Below are positions 63,040 through 64,000 of a stretch of 64,000 bases of DNA, one piece after another. The notes beneath the pieces were generated by a model. The model searched no databases. It was not told where the DNA came from and was given only the letters and a program-made list of their open reading frames with translations. The stretch's first letter is position 1. Each line of letters begins with the position of its first letter. A program made the position numbers and the translations under genes. Source of the DNA: an uncultured Gammaproteobacteria bacterium (GTDB lineage: Bacteria > Pseudomonadota > Gammaproteobacteria > CAWCPV01); assembly GCA_963797555.1 (NCBI GenBank), contig CAWCPV010000003.1:224001-288000 (forward strand), read 5' to 3'.

Positions 63040-64000
63040 GTGCGCTTCGACCTCTTCTACGAGCTGTCGGTCCCGGCCTTCGGAGGACGCGATGAGTCGC
63101 AGGTGTTGCACGACACGCTCGATGAGCTGGAGCTCGCGGACCGCCTGGGCTTTCAAACCGCATGGGTCGTAGAGCACCACTTCATGCGCGAGTACTCCCA
63201 CAGCTCCGCGCCCGACATCTTCCTGGCCGCAGCCGCGGCCCGCACGACCCGGCTGCGGCTGGGTCACGGCATCATCCCGCTGCCTTACCACCACCCGGTG
63301 CACGTCGCCGAGCGCCTGGCCACTCTGGACATTCTGTCCCGAGGACGCGTCGAGTTCGGGTTCGGGCGCGGCTTCTCGCCGCTGGAGTATCAGACCTTCG
63401 GGGTTGCGATGGCCGACAGCCGCGCGCTCACTGAGGAGTCGTTGGAGGTCATACGCAGGACGTTCGCCGGTGGTCCTGTCAGCTTCCACGGCCGGCGTTT
63501 TCACATAGAAAGACTGGACGTTCTTCCCAGGATCGTCCAGCGGCCCCATCCTCCCATCTGGATCGCCGCGGTCAGCCCGGAGAGCTTCGAGCTCGCAGCA
63601 CGGCTCGGCGTCGGGGTGTTGGTCGGCCCGTTCAAGCCCTGGTTCATGGTCAAGGAGGATATCAGGCACTACCGCGAGGCGTGGCGCCGCCACCATGGCG
63701 AAGGCGCACCCACACCGTTTCAAAACGCCCGCGTTGGGATGACTTTGGGCGTGTTCTGTCTCGAGGACGGGCGGCGTGCACGCGCGCTCGCGGGAGAAGG
63801 CATAGTGTGGTTTTACCGCAAACTGCTGGAGCAGACGTTGCCGGTATTGAAGCGCCTCTGCGAAAGCTATGAGTATTACCGCAAGCTGGGCCGCCTGAGC
63901 GGACTGCTCACCCCGGCGGTCAACCTGACCGTGCTGGAAAGACTGGGCATGGTGGTGGTGGGGGACCCCGCGCACTGCGTCAAACGGCTCCGAGCCCTAC
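63040..64000 (+). CDS. LLM-class flavin-dependent oxidoreductase (runs off the window end)
   Basis: GTG start; ELADRLGF..AWVVEHHF, HPVHVAERLATLDILSRGRVEFGFGRG. Confidence 0.9.
   Translation, partial: MRFDLFYELSVPAFGGRDESQVLHDTLDELELADRLGFQTAWVVEHHFMREYSHSSAPDIFLAAAAARTTRLRLGHGIIPLPYHHPVHVAERLATLDILSRGRVEFGFGRGFSPLEYQTFGVAMADSRALTEESLEVIRRTFAGGPVSFHGRRFHIERLDVLPRIVQRPHPPIWIAAVSPESFELAARLGVGVLVGPFKPWFMVKEDIRHYREAWRRHHGEGAPTPFQNARVGMTLGVFCLEDGRRARALAGEGIVWFYRKLLEQTLPVLKRLCESYEYYRKLGRLSGLLTPAVNLTVLERLGMVVVGDPAHCVKRLRAL

Overview
GC-rich gammaproteobacterial-like chromosome segment, probably a long-read or metagenomic assembly: single-base indels interrupt several genes, including core ones (sucA, kdsD, a PpiC PPIase). 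Left to right: (1) a REP-like palindrome, type I R-M hsdR plus an M48/YgjP peptidase, an intact ISL3 with a strongly structured leader, an exported Gly/Tyr/Pro-repeat protein resembling sulfur-globule proteins, and an internally deleted IS200. (2) A housekeeping block: DsrE-like, hpt, MTA/MTI phosphorylase, yciB-yciI-bolA-ppiC, DUF349, sucA-sucB-lpdA. (3) An accessory region (24-31 kb) with IS630/IS110 relics, a GT-C glycosyltransferase and copies of a hairpin-rich MITE-like repeat family. (4) A ~21 kb hopanoid cluster, divergent around dxs/ispH (squalene synthase, shc, hpnG, hpnJ, hpnA, hpnN, hpnL; hpnH, hpnB, hpnM, vacJ). It contains a 2-aminoethylphosphonate (AEP) lipid module (cytidylyltransferase, PEP mutase, AEP transaminase, PhyH-type dioxygenase, CDP-alcohol phosphotransferase) that has been selectively gutted by internal deletions. 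(5) An APH/AAA kinase, NlpC, a cNMP protein, copZ-like, kdsD, cysS, gltX, ppiB, lpxH and a partial LLM oxidoreductase. No tRNA, rRNA or CRISPR array was seen. All family assignments come from motif recognition by eye, not from database searches.
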